DNA of 64,000 nt from Paragordius varius. Its lineage: Eukaryota > Animalia > Nematomorpha. Location of the stretch: NCBI GenBank assembly GCA_964247055.1, contig OZ176052.1, forward strand, positions 868,001 to 932,000. The letters run 5' to 3'. Shown here in pieces: positions 10,533-23,663 of this stretch. A program made the translations under genes and the position numbers. The notes under the pieces are model-generated. The model ran no database searches. It was not told where the DNA came from and was given only the letters and a program-made list of their open reading frames with translations. How positions within the stretch are numbered: position 1 is the stretch's first letter; the number at the start of each line of letters is the position of its first letter.

Positions 10533-13131
10533 TTAAGAAGTAGTTGAGTTTGATTTCTTGGGAAATATTATAATGCAAGTCATATTATCACAACCGGTTC
10601 CATCTCCACCCGTTCCAGGGGCCAAACATTCATGGAATAACTATATATAGGCATTAAAATTTTATATAAATAAATTGTAAAAAAGGCAATCATCCAATCA
10701 TTTTTATAGATATATTTGAGATATATATATATATAAAATTTTTGACTATTAGATATATAAGCGATGAAGAATTTTTGAAAAAAAACTACCAATAAAACCG
10801 AAAATTCATAAAAATTAATACATCCTATTGTAATTTGTAAAGTTTATACGTTGACTCATGATTATTTTGCGCTATAGTGGAGGATGCATAAACAATAATA
10901 TATATAACAATGTAAAAAAATTAATCATATTACAAAATTATTTTAATATTACTTAGAATCACACATGTATAGGATATAAAGGAAAGAAATATTTATATTA
11001 TTTTAAATCCAAATAAAATAAAAATTTAAGAACATCGTAATTTTTATCAATATTTAAATACTTGTTCACAAATTTTGGAAGGGCAATCATAGAATTCCTC
11101 TTTTCTTTCCTCCACAAAATCTATAACTTGTTGGCTGGACATTGAATTCCTATCAAAATTTAATTTAAAAGTTTGATTTTAAAATAAATTTAATAATAAA
11201 AAAACATATGGTAAGGACTGATTTAGCTAAAATAAAAAATAGAATACTCAAAAACATTATATAATTTTAAATTTATGGTAAAAAGTCCATATAAATAAAC
11301 TAAATAGATGGATGGTTTTAAACAAATTTGGATATTAAAAAATATTTTGGTTCGAAAAAAATAATTACAAATTTTAAAATTAACTACTACTGATTATGAA
11401 GAATTCAATAAAAATTATGGTTTTAAAATTTTTAAAACTTAATTTTTTTTAAAAACCAACCATATTCCATCACAGGCAAGGACAATAAAATCGGAATTTG
11501 GGGTGATTTTGCAATGCTTAACATCGGGCAGAGCAATTATCATTTGTTTTGTGGCATCTAAACTTTTTTCCATTTTGTAATGATGATCACCTGTGTTTGC
11601 ACAAAAAATGCCAAAATAAAATTATTTTTTTGAATGAAATATATTATTTTAAAAGTTGAATTTTCTATAAAACTGTTTAAAGTAATAATTCACTTAAAGA
11701 AGAGATATCAAAATTTGTTGTAAAACTGTTTTTCCGAAAATATTTAAACGCTTTTAAGAAATAAAAAATTAAAAAACTGAAATAAATTTTTTACCAAAAG
11801 CCCGAGATAAATTAAGGCCTTCATTGACTCGTCCATCTTCGGTTACAACACCACCAGCGCCTTCGATTCGTTCTTTTTCCGGCTATTAAAATATATAAAT
11901 GCATTTATATTGCTCTTATATAAAATGCAATAAATCTCAATATAAAATCCAAAAGAATTTTCGGCATAACATTTTAAAATTTATTTGATGTACCATTTTA
12001 AAATAAATTATGCCAGATATCAAATTATTAAAAACGTTTTAAGCAATGACTTCAATACTTACTTCATATTTTTGTGAATACCCTTACTACAATAAACGTC
12101 GAGAACGTTTTTTAAACTAAAACACATTCGTTTATTGATATGACCAATATGAGGTAAATTTCATTTTTTCTTGCAAAAAACAGTATTAATAAAAATAGAT
12201 AATTTAATTTCTAAATTATATGGTACCTCATCTTCGGGTTTATAATCAATGTAACAATTTTAAAATAAATTAAGCCAACTATAAAATTATAAAAACTTTT
12301 TTTACAATAACTTCAATACTTTTTTATATTTTAGTTAATACCCATTTTAACAAACGGCATAAACGTGTTTTTTTAATTCAAACACATATGTTTATCGATT
12401 TGACCATTATTAAACTAAAATTTCATTACTTACTTGCAAAAAACAGTAAAAATAAAACTATTATTTTGATTTCTAAATCATATTTTACCTCATCTTCGGG
12501 TTTATGATCAAAGGACATATCAACGGCCGTTCCCTTGTTGGAAACAACACACCGGGAATCTCCAATGTTAGCAACATATAAATCTGGACAGTTTTCATCT
12601 GAAGTATCTAACCAAGCCAAAACAGCCGTACACCCAGAATCATATCCCGGCTAGAGGGAAAGTTGAATATTAAAATATACCTTTAAAAAACATTAATTGT
12701 GGAAACAAAAAAAGATAAATATAATTCCATTGGAAATGATTTAAAGAGTTATGCAATTATTTATATATAATATCAAGTCAAAATGAACCAAATACTAACC
12801 TGTATAAAATTACAGTAATAATTAAAATAAGACAAAACGTAATAATAAAAAACAATTTATTAATAACAAAATGCCATACTTTTTACTCAATGTATTAAAT
12901 TAAAACCTATCGTTTTGGGTTTTAAAAATAAAAATATAAAGTGGCAACAAACATATATTTCACACAAATGATTTAATATATAATATAGTTAAATTATAAT
13001 TGTCTTAAAAAGTCTTTTAGTTTTATCTTATAATTATATTGCAATATTTGTGTAATTATAATAATAGAATCAAACGAAATATATTTTATTAAAATCGAAT
13101 TTAAATATACGGACAAAACGTAACAATTAAA

Positions 13132-13163
<32 letters not shown>

Positions 13164-16100
13164 AAACATCCATAATTTTTTAAACCTTAATAATTATATA
13201 AACTAGTCACGAATAACTACCAATTTACTACTCTGTTTCTATTTTGATCAACCTAAAAAGATGAGTTATATATTAAACAATTGTTAATAAATTTAAGGTT
13301 TCGTCTGCAAAATTTCAATTTTTACTGTATAATTTTAAAATATATATCCAAATTAAAAAATATATATAACACATTTCCTTTTAGTGTATTTATATATTCC
13401 TCAAAAATGGCTTATAAAAAATATTATTGTGTTTTACTTTTACGTTTTGTCTGTATAATTTGAATTTTTACTGCTCTCAAACTTTTAATATTCAAAAAAG
13501 GATAAATATTTTGGTAGAACCAATCTAAAATATATCCAAATTAAAAATAAATATATTATACTTTTCCCTTGGGCGCATTCAAATATTCCTCAAAAATAGC
13601 TTAAAAAATATTATTGTGTTTTACTTTTACGTTTCGTCTGTTTAATTTAAATTCTTACTGTTCTCAAAATTTTAATATCCAAAAAAGGATAAATATTTTG
13701 GTAGAACCAATCTAAAATATATCCAAATTAAACATAAATATATATATTATACTTTTCCCTTTGGCGCATTCAAATATTCCTCAAAAATGGCTTGTCTGGG
13801 ATCTAAATCATCATCATCTTCATCGTCGTCGCCATTTTCATCCGTATCTTCATAATCGTCTGCTACGTCACCTGATTCGCTTTCACTTTCAATGTGATCG
13901 TCTGCGTTTTCTTCAGCACTGTCAAGTTCGCCATTTTGTTTATTCTTGTTGGAAATTATAGCATTTGAATTATCTGATGAATCACAATTCGAGGAGGAAT
14001 CAAAGGGTATATCTTGTTCATGCTTTGTAAATGATTAAAACATAAAGATTTTAATGTTTTTTTTAAAATATATATTAATTTTTTATACATTATCAAATAT
14101 GTTAAATCAAAAAATATATTATTATAACAAATTGTAAAACATCGAATACATATAACAATCACGTAAAAACAAAAAATTGATATCACACATATGTTCGACA
14201 CTTACTTTTATATCACCGTTCATATGAATTGTTGCCGTCGTTTCCTCTTTAAGCTTTTTATGAAGAGGAGATGATAACGTGCCAGTTAATGATTTGGTAG
14301 GGGATTTTTGTTTTTCGGAGTTATTATCATCGATCTTAGAATTATTGAAAGATGATGAATTATATTCTTCTTTTATTTCAAGGCTTTTTCCAGTTTTTAA
14401 ATCATTTTCCAGCGTTGTAGAATGTTTCCTTTTTCCTGCCGCGTGTGTCGTATTAGTGGAATCTTTAGAAGTTGTGGATATATTGCCATTAACATCTGTT
14501 GTTGAAGTAGTTTCAATGTGTTCATCATCATCATTTAAAAGGGATGTAGGGAATTCGGGTAAAACTTTTGAATCCTAATATAAAATTTAAATTATTTTGG
14601 TAAATAATAAAAAATATAATGTCTTAAAATAAATATGCAATAAAACCAAAAAAAGCTAAATTCAAATGCTAATTATGTCTATCAAATTGCACCTTGTATC
14701 AAATGCTTTTAGTTACTTTTGTGATATATAATCATTATTTAAAAAGGCTTTTTTAATTTATGATATGTTAACAAAATATGAAATTACCAGGTGAAAAATA
14801 ATTTAATTTGCTAGATTTATAATTTATTTAATAAGTCGTTGTAATGTGACCGTATATTTTTGCATATTTAATATGGGTAAAGATTGATATACTTAAAATT
14901 TTGGTGTGATAAAAATATGATAAACCAATATTTCCATAAAAATCATTATGAGTTAAATAGATAAGCGCTTTTATCCTGAAGAGAAATAATGAGTAAAAAT
15001 GTTTATTAAAAATGGTCACCAAAATAATTTAAATCAGAAATAAATTTGCCATAAAAAACGAAAAAGGATGATTTAAAAAAAACCGTATGAGATGGGGTAT
15101 CTTTTTGTGGAGATGTTTCTTTAGCAACCTTTCCACCCACCTTGCGCCGTAAAATAGATTCTTCTCGATGTATTATTCCTTCAATTTTGATTTTCGGTGA
15201 GGCGGATAAACCATTTTCTGATGTACTAACATTATTAATTTGAGTATTATTATTAGTATTATTTACATTAACTTTTGAATTATTTGTGGAACTTGTAATT
15301 TCAGAACAAAGTGTTGATTCCAAATTATTATGAAGAGATTCATTTTTGGAGGAACTTTTGTTTAACAAAAATTATAAAAAATATATACCATATATCAATT
15401 AGTCAATTAATTAACGCTTTAAAGTAATTGTCACATAAGCTCTTTTGGGCATTATTTAGGATTATGGTTAAATATCATAAATTATATACGTTTTTTTACA
15501 TTTAGGAACATTAAATCTGTTAAAAATAGATATATGATATATAAATGAAATAGATTTAAATAGTTATAAAAGTTTAGAAAAAAAAATTCAATACTTGATA
15601 TGGGTTGTTGAATCTGGTTTTATTGTTTTTTCTTCCGATAATTTATTCAATACCATTTTATCGGGGGAAGTGAGATCTTTGGATGAATGATTTATATTAT
15701 CAACATTATTTTCGGAATCAAGTTTCTTTTGATCTTCAGAAGTTGGAGAGGACGCATTCTGTTGAGATTTTTTATTTATCTCTTCATCTGTCTCTTCGTT
15801 TAATTCATCAGCCTCAGAGCTTTCTAATTTAGTATATCAAATAAATAGTATCTTAAGAAATTAGAAAATTATATATGCCAAACGTATTGTTGGGTAAGTT
15901 TCTCATTATGCATGCAAGTTATGGATTAGACAGATAGGTAATTAAACGCAGCCCTGACCTAACCCGATATTAATCATGTATGAATTAGTTAGCCCATGAT
16001 TTGTGGGAAAACCGTAGCAGTCGAACTTGAAAAAATTGAGAAAATATGTTGATTAGATGCAAATGTGAATGATTATGTTGGATAGAGTCAAATGTCTTGT

Positions 16101-19100
16101 AAAAATCCACAAAACACATATGGATTTAGGACTGCGTTTTATCGCCTATTCTGTTCTTGAATGCATAATGAAAAACTTACCCGATACATTCGGGATTCAC
16201 GTCTCAGAGGTTATGATCTAACTTAGCAATACTCAAACCGCCGTCCTAAAAATCTTTTTTAAAACCCTGAAATTCTTATTTTGAGTATTAATATTTGCAA
16301 ATGTGTCAAACAGCATCAAAATTTTATCGGTATTATGGCCTTAGAAACAAGATTCAACCCTTTATAAATTTTTTGTGATTACCATCTAACTTCTATTCAT
16401 TATGAGACGATACCCAAGCTCATCATTGCTAATACTACAACATTTTGTAAATCTTTCAAAAACAAAGATGTATATTAAACCAAAAGTTGCTAACGCTTTT
16501 GTAACTGGGCATTCAATAGAAATAGTCAAAAACTACAGATATTTCCGGAGCTTAATAAGTGACGATGATAATTGTACTCCTGAGATATATACGTATAATC
16601 GTTATGGCCAAAACGGGCCACAAATATAATTATATAAAATTTGGGCATCCCCTGATGTCAGCTTGAAACTAAAAATTCGGCTTACAAATGCAATTATTTT
16701 TCCATCTTTTTTATGGGTGTAAGGTTGGGCGCTAATAATCCGACGAACGGATAATAAATTCTTATGAATTTTTAGTACGGACATTAGAACAACACACACA
16801 ATTTTAAAGATAAATCGATCCCGATATATTATTGCTTGGAATTACTTTGACCACATTATGAAATTGTGGAAAAGTCCTTGATGTTGGTAAAGGTTAAATG
16901 TACACGTAAAAATGGCGCCGAAGAAGAATAAGGTGGATGGACAATATTCTAATAAAAACCAAATGTAACCTTTGCAGAACTCTACATTAACACTAAAAAT
17001 AGCAATCTATGGAGAAGTTTCATTTACAATGTTGCAAAGAGTCGACTTCGACACTGTAGCTATACATTCATCCATCCATGATTTTTTATGATATATAGAA
17101 ATAATTTTTTAAATTTACTTTATAGGAAACGCTTTAAAAATGGCTTAAATAATTCAATATTCGGCCAATTTCCACCGTTAAAACAATGAAAAAATTTATA
17201 ATCAATAAAAGGGTCCATGTAATATTAAAAAACTCACGGACAAATTTGTTTTGTGATTTTTTTAACTACGCCGTTGAAATAACTTAAAAACACAGTTATT
17301 TGGCTTTTCGGTCAGTTCTCTTGACGCCGTGATTAATTATATAAATAAATATTTATTCAAAAAGAATTGCGTAAAATGTAATAACCACCCTTTTAAACAC
17401 ACCAAAACCAAAAAAAAGTTTAAGGTGTAAACTGTAATCAAACACAAAGATAAGTATGACTCAAATTAGTTAAATTTATGTTAAAAGTTAATTAATTTTG
17501 GTTTATCATTTTCAACACCATAAAAAACAAAAAAAACCAAGTAGTTAATCTACACCCACAAAAATAAGTAAAATTAGCGTGAAAAATTATTTTAGATTAA
17601 CAAGGTCCACACACACATCAAAAAACAAAACCCAAATGGTAAAAACTTTAACCAAACTACAAAAATAAGTAAAAATTTAATTAATTTTCTATTAAGTTTT
17701 CGTTTATCGTTTTACGATATTAACAACAAATATTAAAAAAATATTTTGGCAGTCAATTAATTTTGGTTTATCATTTTCAACATACCAAAAAAGCAAAGCC
17801 TAACAGAGTTAACTTTAGTATCCACAAACACAAAGGAGACAAGTAAAATCAAAAAAAAGTTATATTTGGTAGAAATTTTAATTTACCATTTTCATTATTA
17901 GTTTGTTCTTCACTACTTTCCTCCTCCTCGTCGTCTTGAGAAGTATCATCGACTTGAAAATCGGCGTCGTCTTCAGAGTCGTCTTCGTTTTCATCATAAT
18001 TCATATCAGCGTCGTTATAAAATTCTGCTAGAGAGTTTGGATTTCGACCAGAACCGGTCCCGCTTTTAGAAGAAGAACCGGCTTTTTCTTTCCTCATATC
18101 AACTTTGTTGCAGTTTTGAGATGTTGAAGTAAAAGTACAAACTTTTTTTATATTATTATTGTCGTCTACATGATGAGGATGGTTGTTAACCATATTATTG
18201 ACTATGTTATCTTTTTGTTGTAAATTTTCAGGACCCAATAGCAAACTACGCGTTTCCTCAGATAAAACGGAAGTAACTTTCTTTTCATCTAAAGGAAAAA
18301 AGAGTAAATGATTATAAAATCTTGAAACACTATTGTTAATCAAAAAACAGACCCATTAACTTTTTTGGGAGCGGGTGACATAAAATAATGCTACTGATTT
18401 TTTCTTTTAATTCTTTTAAATATGCTTGCTAGCCTAATTCTCAAATATTGTTTTCTAATTTATTTAAACTATAGGATTATATTTTTTAATACTTTATGAA
18501 AAAAATTGCAGAATATCAATCATATTAAATATATTAGAATAATTAATAATTGGTAAAAATTAGTTAAAAAACAGATACCAGCTATTTAAATGATTAAAGA
18601 TATGAAATTCGGCATACTAACAGATTTATGTAGTTTAAATGTAAAATACGTATTGTTAACAATAAAGTTATCCATATTCAAATTGAATTAAAAAAGAAAA
18701 ACCAACAATATATAATAAAAAAAGCAAAAATTTTACAAATGATAAATTTTTTTTCCAAAAATTTAAATGATGTTTTATGAACTGACCTTTCACATTTTCA
18801 ACTCCCTCGTAATTGTTGGCTAAAATTTCATCTATGGGCATATTGGCTTCATGTCGAAGCAAAGATGCTTCATGAATCTCGAAAGAGATTTCAGAATCTA
18901 AAAAGTAAAATATAATTAATTAATAACCTATTTTAAATCAAATTAATAAGTAATACATATATATATATATATATATATATAGCAAACACTAGGTTTGATC
19001 TCTAAATAGTTTTCTAAAAATTCTCATGATGCGATCATAATTAAACCGTTTATAAAATTATTTCCTAAACTGATTAATGTAATAATGGAGGTTTAAAAGA

Positions 19101-20026
19101 TATATTACATTTTACCAATATTATACATAGAAAACAAAGATACAGTTTAACACTTCGATTCAAATTGGGGTATCTAAATACCCCAGACTAAATTTAAATT
19201 AATATTTTTAAAAAACTACTGAGGGAAACGGTCCCAATTTAAATTTATGCTTCTATCTTGATAAAAATTATATAAATATGCCAAAAGATCTTGATAAAAT
19301 TTTGTTTTGAAAAAAAAGTTCCATCTCAAACTACTTCGACGCCATTTTTATTTTACAAAACTTTTGCAAAATATCGTCTTCATTTAATTTTAAGGGTAGA
19401 AATAAAGCTATATTTTAATATAAATTACATTTAACATTGATAGAAATAGAAAAAGCGGTTTATTTTGTATTATTTTTTAATATTACCATTTGACACATGT
19501 CACGTTGACAAAATTTTTACCTTTCAATTTTGGGTTAAAATATTTAATATCAAATATTTTTGAGTAAAATTTTTTATATATTTCGGTTTATTAATGTTAT
19601 ATAAGTGCAAAATTTTGCCATGGTATCGATTCCTTCCATACTTTTTAAAGTCTTTGATTTTAAACAGGCCTGGGGTATCCAACTACCCCAATTTGAATCG
19701 AAGGACTAAAATGAGTGTGTTGTATCCAAGTGTTAATGAATTATATATATATAAATATAATAATCAGGTGTTTAAGTCAAAAATTATTTTTTTCTACCCG
19801 CTAATATCATTTAAAAAACGGTTTTTAAATGAAGCATGGAAGTAAAAATTAAATTTTATTTATCAATATAAAAATAGAAACCATACTAACCCTTGAATAT
19901 TTGTTATAATCAAGTGTTTAAGTTAAAAATTAATTTTTTCTTCCACCGACAAATATTTTAAGGTGATACATAAATGTACATATTTTACCAAAATCTTCAT
20001 TATAAAACAACACACGCAAAAAACTA

Positions 20027-20065
<39 letters not shown>

Positions 20066-23000
20066 ACATTTTAAATAATAAGCTATGCCACAAAAATGTA
20101 TTTTATATTAATAATGAGTTATATTAGTTCGAAAACACATAATTTATTTTTAGGGTGAATTTGAATTGTTCAAGGGTGAAGTTCAATTGTTCAAAAGTAA
20201 ATTTCAATTGTAAATGGTATATTTTAAAGTGATATATATAAATAAAGTTATTTTACCAAAATCCCCATTATAAAACAACACACGCATAAAAAAACTGTCT
20301 AAATATTATATATATATATATATATATCATATTCAAATGTTTGAATCAAAAATAATTTTTAAATACTAATTTTAATGATTATATATATTTATATATACCA
20401 TTTACAGCTCAAATTCACTCTTAAACAATTCAAATTCATCCTTGAACACTTCAAATTGACCCTTGAACAATTCAAATTCACCCTAAAAATATATTATGTG
20501 TTTTCGAACTAATATAACTCGTTATTAATGAGAAATATATCTTTATGGCATAGTTTATTATTTTTTCATTATTAATTATATTTAAAACAAAATTTTTATT
20601 TTTTAAAAATATTGGGTAATTTTTATTCTAAAAACATATATTTTATTTGAGGATGAATTTGAATTGTTTAAGGGTGAAATTGAATTGTAAATGGTATATT
20701 AGTTCGAAAACACATGATTTTATTTTTAGGCTGAATTTAAATTGTTCAAGAGTAAATTTCAATTGTAAATGGTATATTTTAAAGTGATATATAAAAAAAG
20801 TTATTTTATCAAAATCTTTAAAACAACACCTGTCTAAATATATCATATATATATATATGTCATAATCAAGTGTTTAAATCAAAAATAATTTTTTAGTTTC
20901 TAATTTTAATAATATATACCTATTGAACCATTCATAAGGATAGATGATGAAGTTGGCATTTCATCGCCCTCTTGATGACCAAATGCTTCTCCATTCATCA
21001 TTTGGTGTTGTTCATCTGACTATATACAAATTAAATACAAACAAGACGACATAAAAATATAAAGACAAAAATTTGCTTTAAAAAACACACAAGCGTACTT
21101 TGTTAACCCTTGTTTTTTCCCATATAAATTAATTAATTTCATATAATTTAGCAATTTGCACCTCTGATTCATGATTTGCAATTTAAAACAATGAGTTTTA
21201 TTCAAAAAAAGCAAATTTAAAAAAAGTAGAGTAGTAGTTAAAAAAATATTTGTCTTTTAATTTTGCGTGTCCGTAAAATTTCAATTTTTACTGTATGTGT
21301 GGGTTATAGATATTAGCATGTTGATTAATTAATAACTAATATTAAAGAGAAAAAATACGCTTTAATCAATAGGAAATAATACAAGTAAATGGATAAAGAG
21401 AGAGAGAACTTAAAAATATTTTTGATTGTGTATATAAATAAAATCTTATCATATTAGCCTTTAAAGAGTTTTTTATCCCAAGGTGGAAACTCAATAAAAA
21501 TTGAAATCATATCAACCATTCGTATAAATGGTTTTTAAACTTTTAAGGCTATTTGAATTTATTTTTTTTGAAACCTTTGCTTTTCTTTTCTTTTATTGCT
21601 TATAGCCACTTATCGAACAAATGATGAAAATTTGAAATTTCGGATGATCCAAACTTGGAATGTAAATAACTTAACAATGCTAAATCGAGATAATATGCTT
21701 CCAAACTTCACAAAAGAGTATATAAAATCTATATTCAGGAAATAAATGAAATGGACGCGGAGGCGAAGTAAAGCTGTACAAGGAATTTCATAAAAATCCT
21801 TAATTTTTTCGAAAAAAATTAAAAATTTACGCATGAAACCAATATTAAACCTCACTAAATTATATCCAACTATTAAGCAAATTATCAAACAATATTGTAA
21901 AATGAGTAAGTATACCTCTTCGCCCGAGTCTCCTGCACACTTTTTTAGGGCATTTGTCGTGGTGGTCGAAGTTATTTTTTGTTTCCTAAGTTTATTGTTG
22001 TTGCGTTTAAGTCCACAAGCAGAGTTATTATTGGATGATATAAGTTCATTGTAATTACTTTCTTCATCTATATTATATGTGTAAAGTCATCAGTTAGTTT
22101 ACAAAAAATACAGTAAAGGGCACACTATTATAGGCTATATCTGTATTTTAAATGTAAATTTTTTTGTTTATATTAATATATACCATTTACAATTAAAATT
22201 CACCCTTGAACAATTAAAATTCACCCTTGAACAATTAAAATTCACCCTTGAACGATTCAAATCCTCACCCTAAAATAAATTACGTCTTCTTTAAAATTAA
22301 AAATTACCTATATTTTTTTATATTTTTAGGAAACGAAATTTTGTTTAAAATTAATATTGATATAATAAACGATGCCATAAGAATATTTTTTATATTAATA
22401 ATGAGCTGAATTAAATTGTTAAAGGGTGATTTAAATAGTTCAAGGGTGAATTTGAATTGTAAATGGTATATTATATTGAACATTGTGTATTATTTCCCCG
22501 CAATCTTAAAAAATGTGAATTATATAAACGAAAATTCTCTGGCATAACTATTGATATTCAAATAAAATACCCTATTTGCCATTAAAAATAAAGATAAAAT
22601 AAAAGTGCTACAAATGTTATAGCAAAACTAAATTCTGACGCATTTGATAATATTAGCAGTAAAGATAAAAATTATATATACAAAACGTGAAAACAAAAAG
22701 ACAAATATTTTATATTTTTTAAGTTCTTGGTTTTTATTTATTTATTTAATGGAATCGAGTATAATCTCAATTTCCACGGCTATTCCTTATTTTTCAATAG
22801 AATACAATAGACTATACTTTTAAAATCAAGTCTCAAAAAAGATTAATGGGGTTACAAAAAAAATTGGTTTTTTGTTTTTTAAGTTTTGTCTTTAAAATTT
22901 TAATTTTTATCGTATATTTATATATTTGTGTATCACCCGAAACAACGACTTGAAAATAAAATTGAATATAAAATTAACCTTCTTCCCCATTTAATTTTCT

Positions 23001-23466
23001 CAATTCTGCAAGCGTTGAAGGCTCTTTCAATCGTGCATCAAACGCTAAAAACGATGCTTGAAGAAATGTTTCTAAACTTTCTTCGTTAGACTCTAATAAT
23101 TATTGGGTTAGAATATGAGTTAATGTTATAAAAATTATTTTTACTAAGCAAATAAAATACTTTTAGCATATCGTTCGCGTAAAAAGTTTGGAAAATGTTG
23201 AGATACGTATTGGGCAACTTCAGGTCCTATAATTTTAAAGCTGAAAATACCTCCATGACCATCATATACACCAAAAAGTGATATATTTTCCAAGAAATCA
23301 ACAATCATATTGTGTGCATCCTACAATGTAAGGAAGTTAAAATTATTTTTATTACCTCTTGAGCACTTCGCCAACCCTGCATGGATGAATATCCACTATT
23401 GAATTTTTCACTTGTGATATCATGAGAATCTGTTTCAGTATTAGGTTTTGCAAGATAAATGCCCAT
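10533..23466 (-). CDS. PPM1G: Protein phosphatase 2C, PPM1G type, ~945 aa, 17 exons, with a very long acidic insert
   Basis: Start [18 protein letters not shown] (23466-23356), DAH..VYDGHG (23320-23251), GPEVAQY (23226-23161), 23092-22979. Eight low-complexity exons follow, including [18 protein letters not shown]. Then [26 protein letters not shown] (~12655-12488), [43 protein letters not shown] and [10 protein letters not shown], stop 10533-10535. Exon phases are mutually consistent. Confidence 0.93.
12045..12510. repeat. ~260-bp tandem duplication containing a PPM1G exon 3' end and splice donor
   Basis: 12045-12255 resembles 12305-12510. Both contain acctcatcttcgggttta(t/g)atcaa (minus strand KPEDE followed by GT). 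Confidence 0.8.
13370..13795. repeat. ~190-bp tandem triplication of a PPM1G exon end, donor site and MITE arm
   Basis: The exon end cttttccctttggcgcattcaaatattcctcaaaaatggctt (13752) recurs at 13561 (near identical) and ~13372 (degenerate). Each extra copy is followed by ttttacgttt(t/c)gtctg..ttactg. Confidence 0.85.
16100..17085 (+). mobile_element. Decayed RTE-clade (BovB-like) LINE, 3' portion, antisense within a PPM1G intron
   Basis: RT remnants: CVLSPILF (~16130), [32 protein letters not shown] (ORF 16402), [31 protein letters not shown], and a cattcatccatccat tail. Confidence 0.75.
19147..19710 (+). mobile_element. ~560-bp non-autonomous TIR element (piggyBac-like, TTAA at one end)
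   Basis: ~39-bp imperfect TIRs ttaacacttcgattcaaattggggtat..tacccc / ggggta..ccccaatttgaatcgaaggactaa. Homologous copies at 44138-44665 and 63711-64000. Confidence 0.7.
20396..20696. mobile_element. Foldback-like MITE with 21-bp arrays (complete); extra partial arms at ~20120-20220 and ~20700-20775
   Basis: taccatttaca + (aattcacccttgaac)n + ~200-bp core + (aagggtgaatttgaattgtt)n + tgtaaatggta, flanked by TA. Confidence 0.85.
22181..22468. mobile_element. Foldback-like MITE with 21-bp arrays (complete)
   Basis: Same termini (taccatttaca / tgtaaatggta), core and inverted 21-bp arrays. Confidence 0.85.
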
Positions 23467-23617
23467 TTCGTAACGTAATTTTAATTGGTGCGGTACCCCA
23501 TCACTATTTTAAATCCGAATGTAAAAAGGTGATAACGCATTGAAAATATTCTTCTTTTCAAAAATAGCTCTTTCTTTACAATATTGGAAAAGAATTGGGA
23601 AAAAAACATATTTTTAA

Positions 23618-23623
<6 letters not shown>

Positions 23624-23660
<37 letters not shown>
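23624..23660. repeat. (TA)n microsatellite; similar tracts at ~13133, ~18957, ~20027, ~33095, ~54182, ~55210, ~61346, ~63015
   Basis: Direct reading. Confidence 0.95.

Positions 23661-23663
<3 letters not shown>

Noticed and set aside
15900-16030. Tc1-like SPDLNPIE remnant
   Set aside because: Too short and degenerate to delimit as an element.
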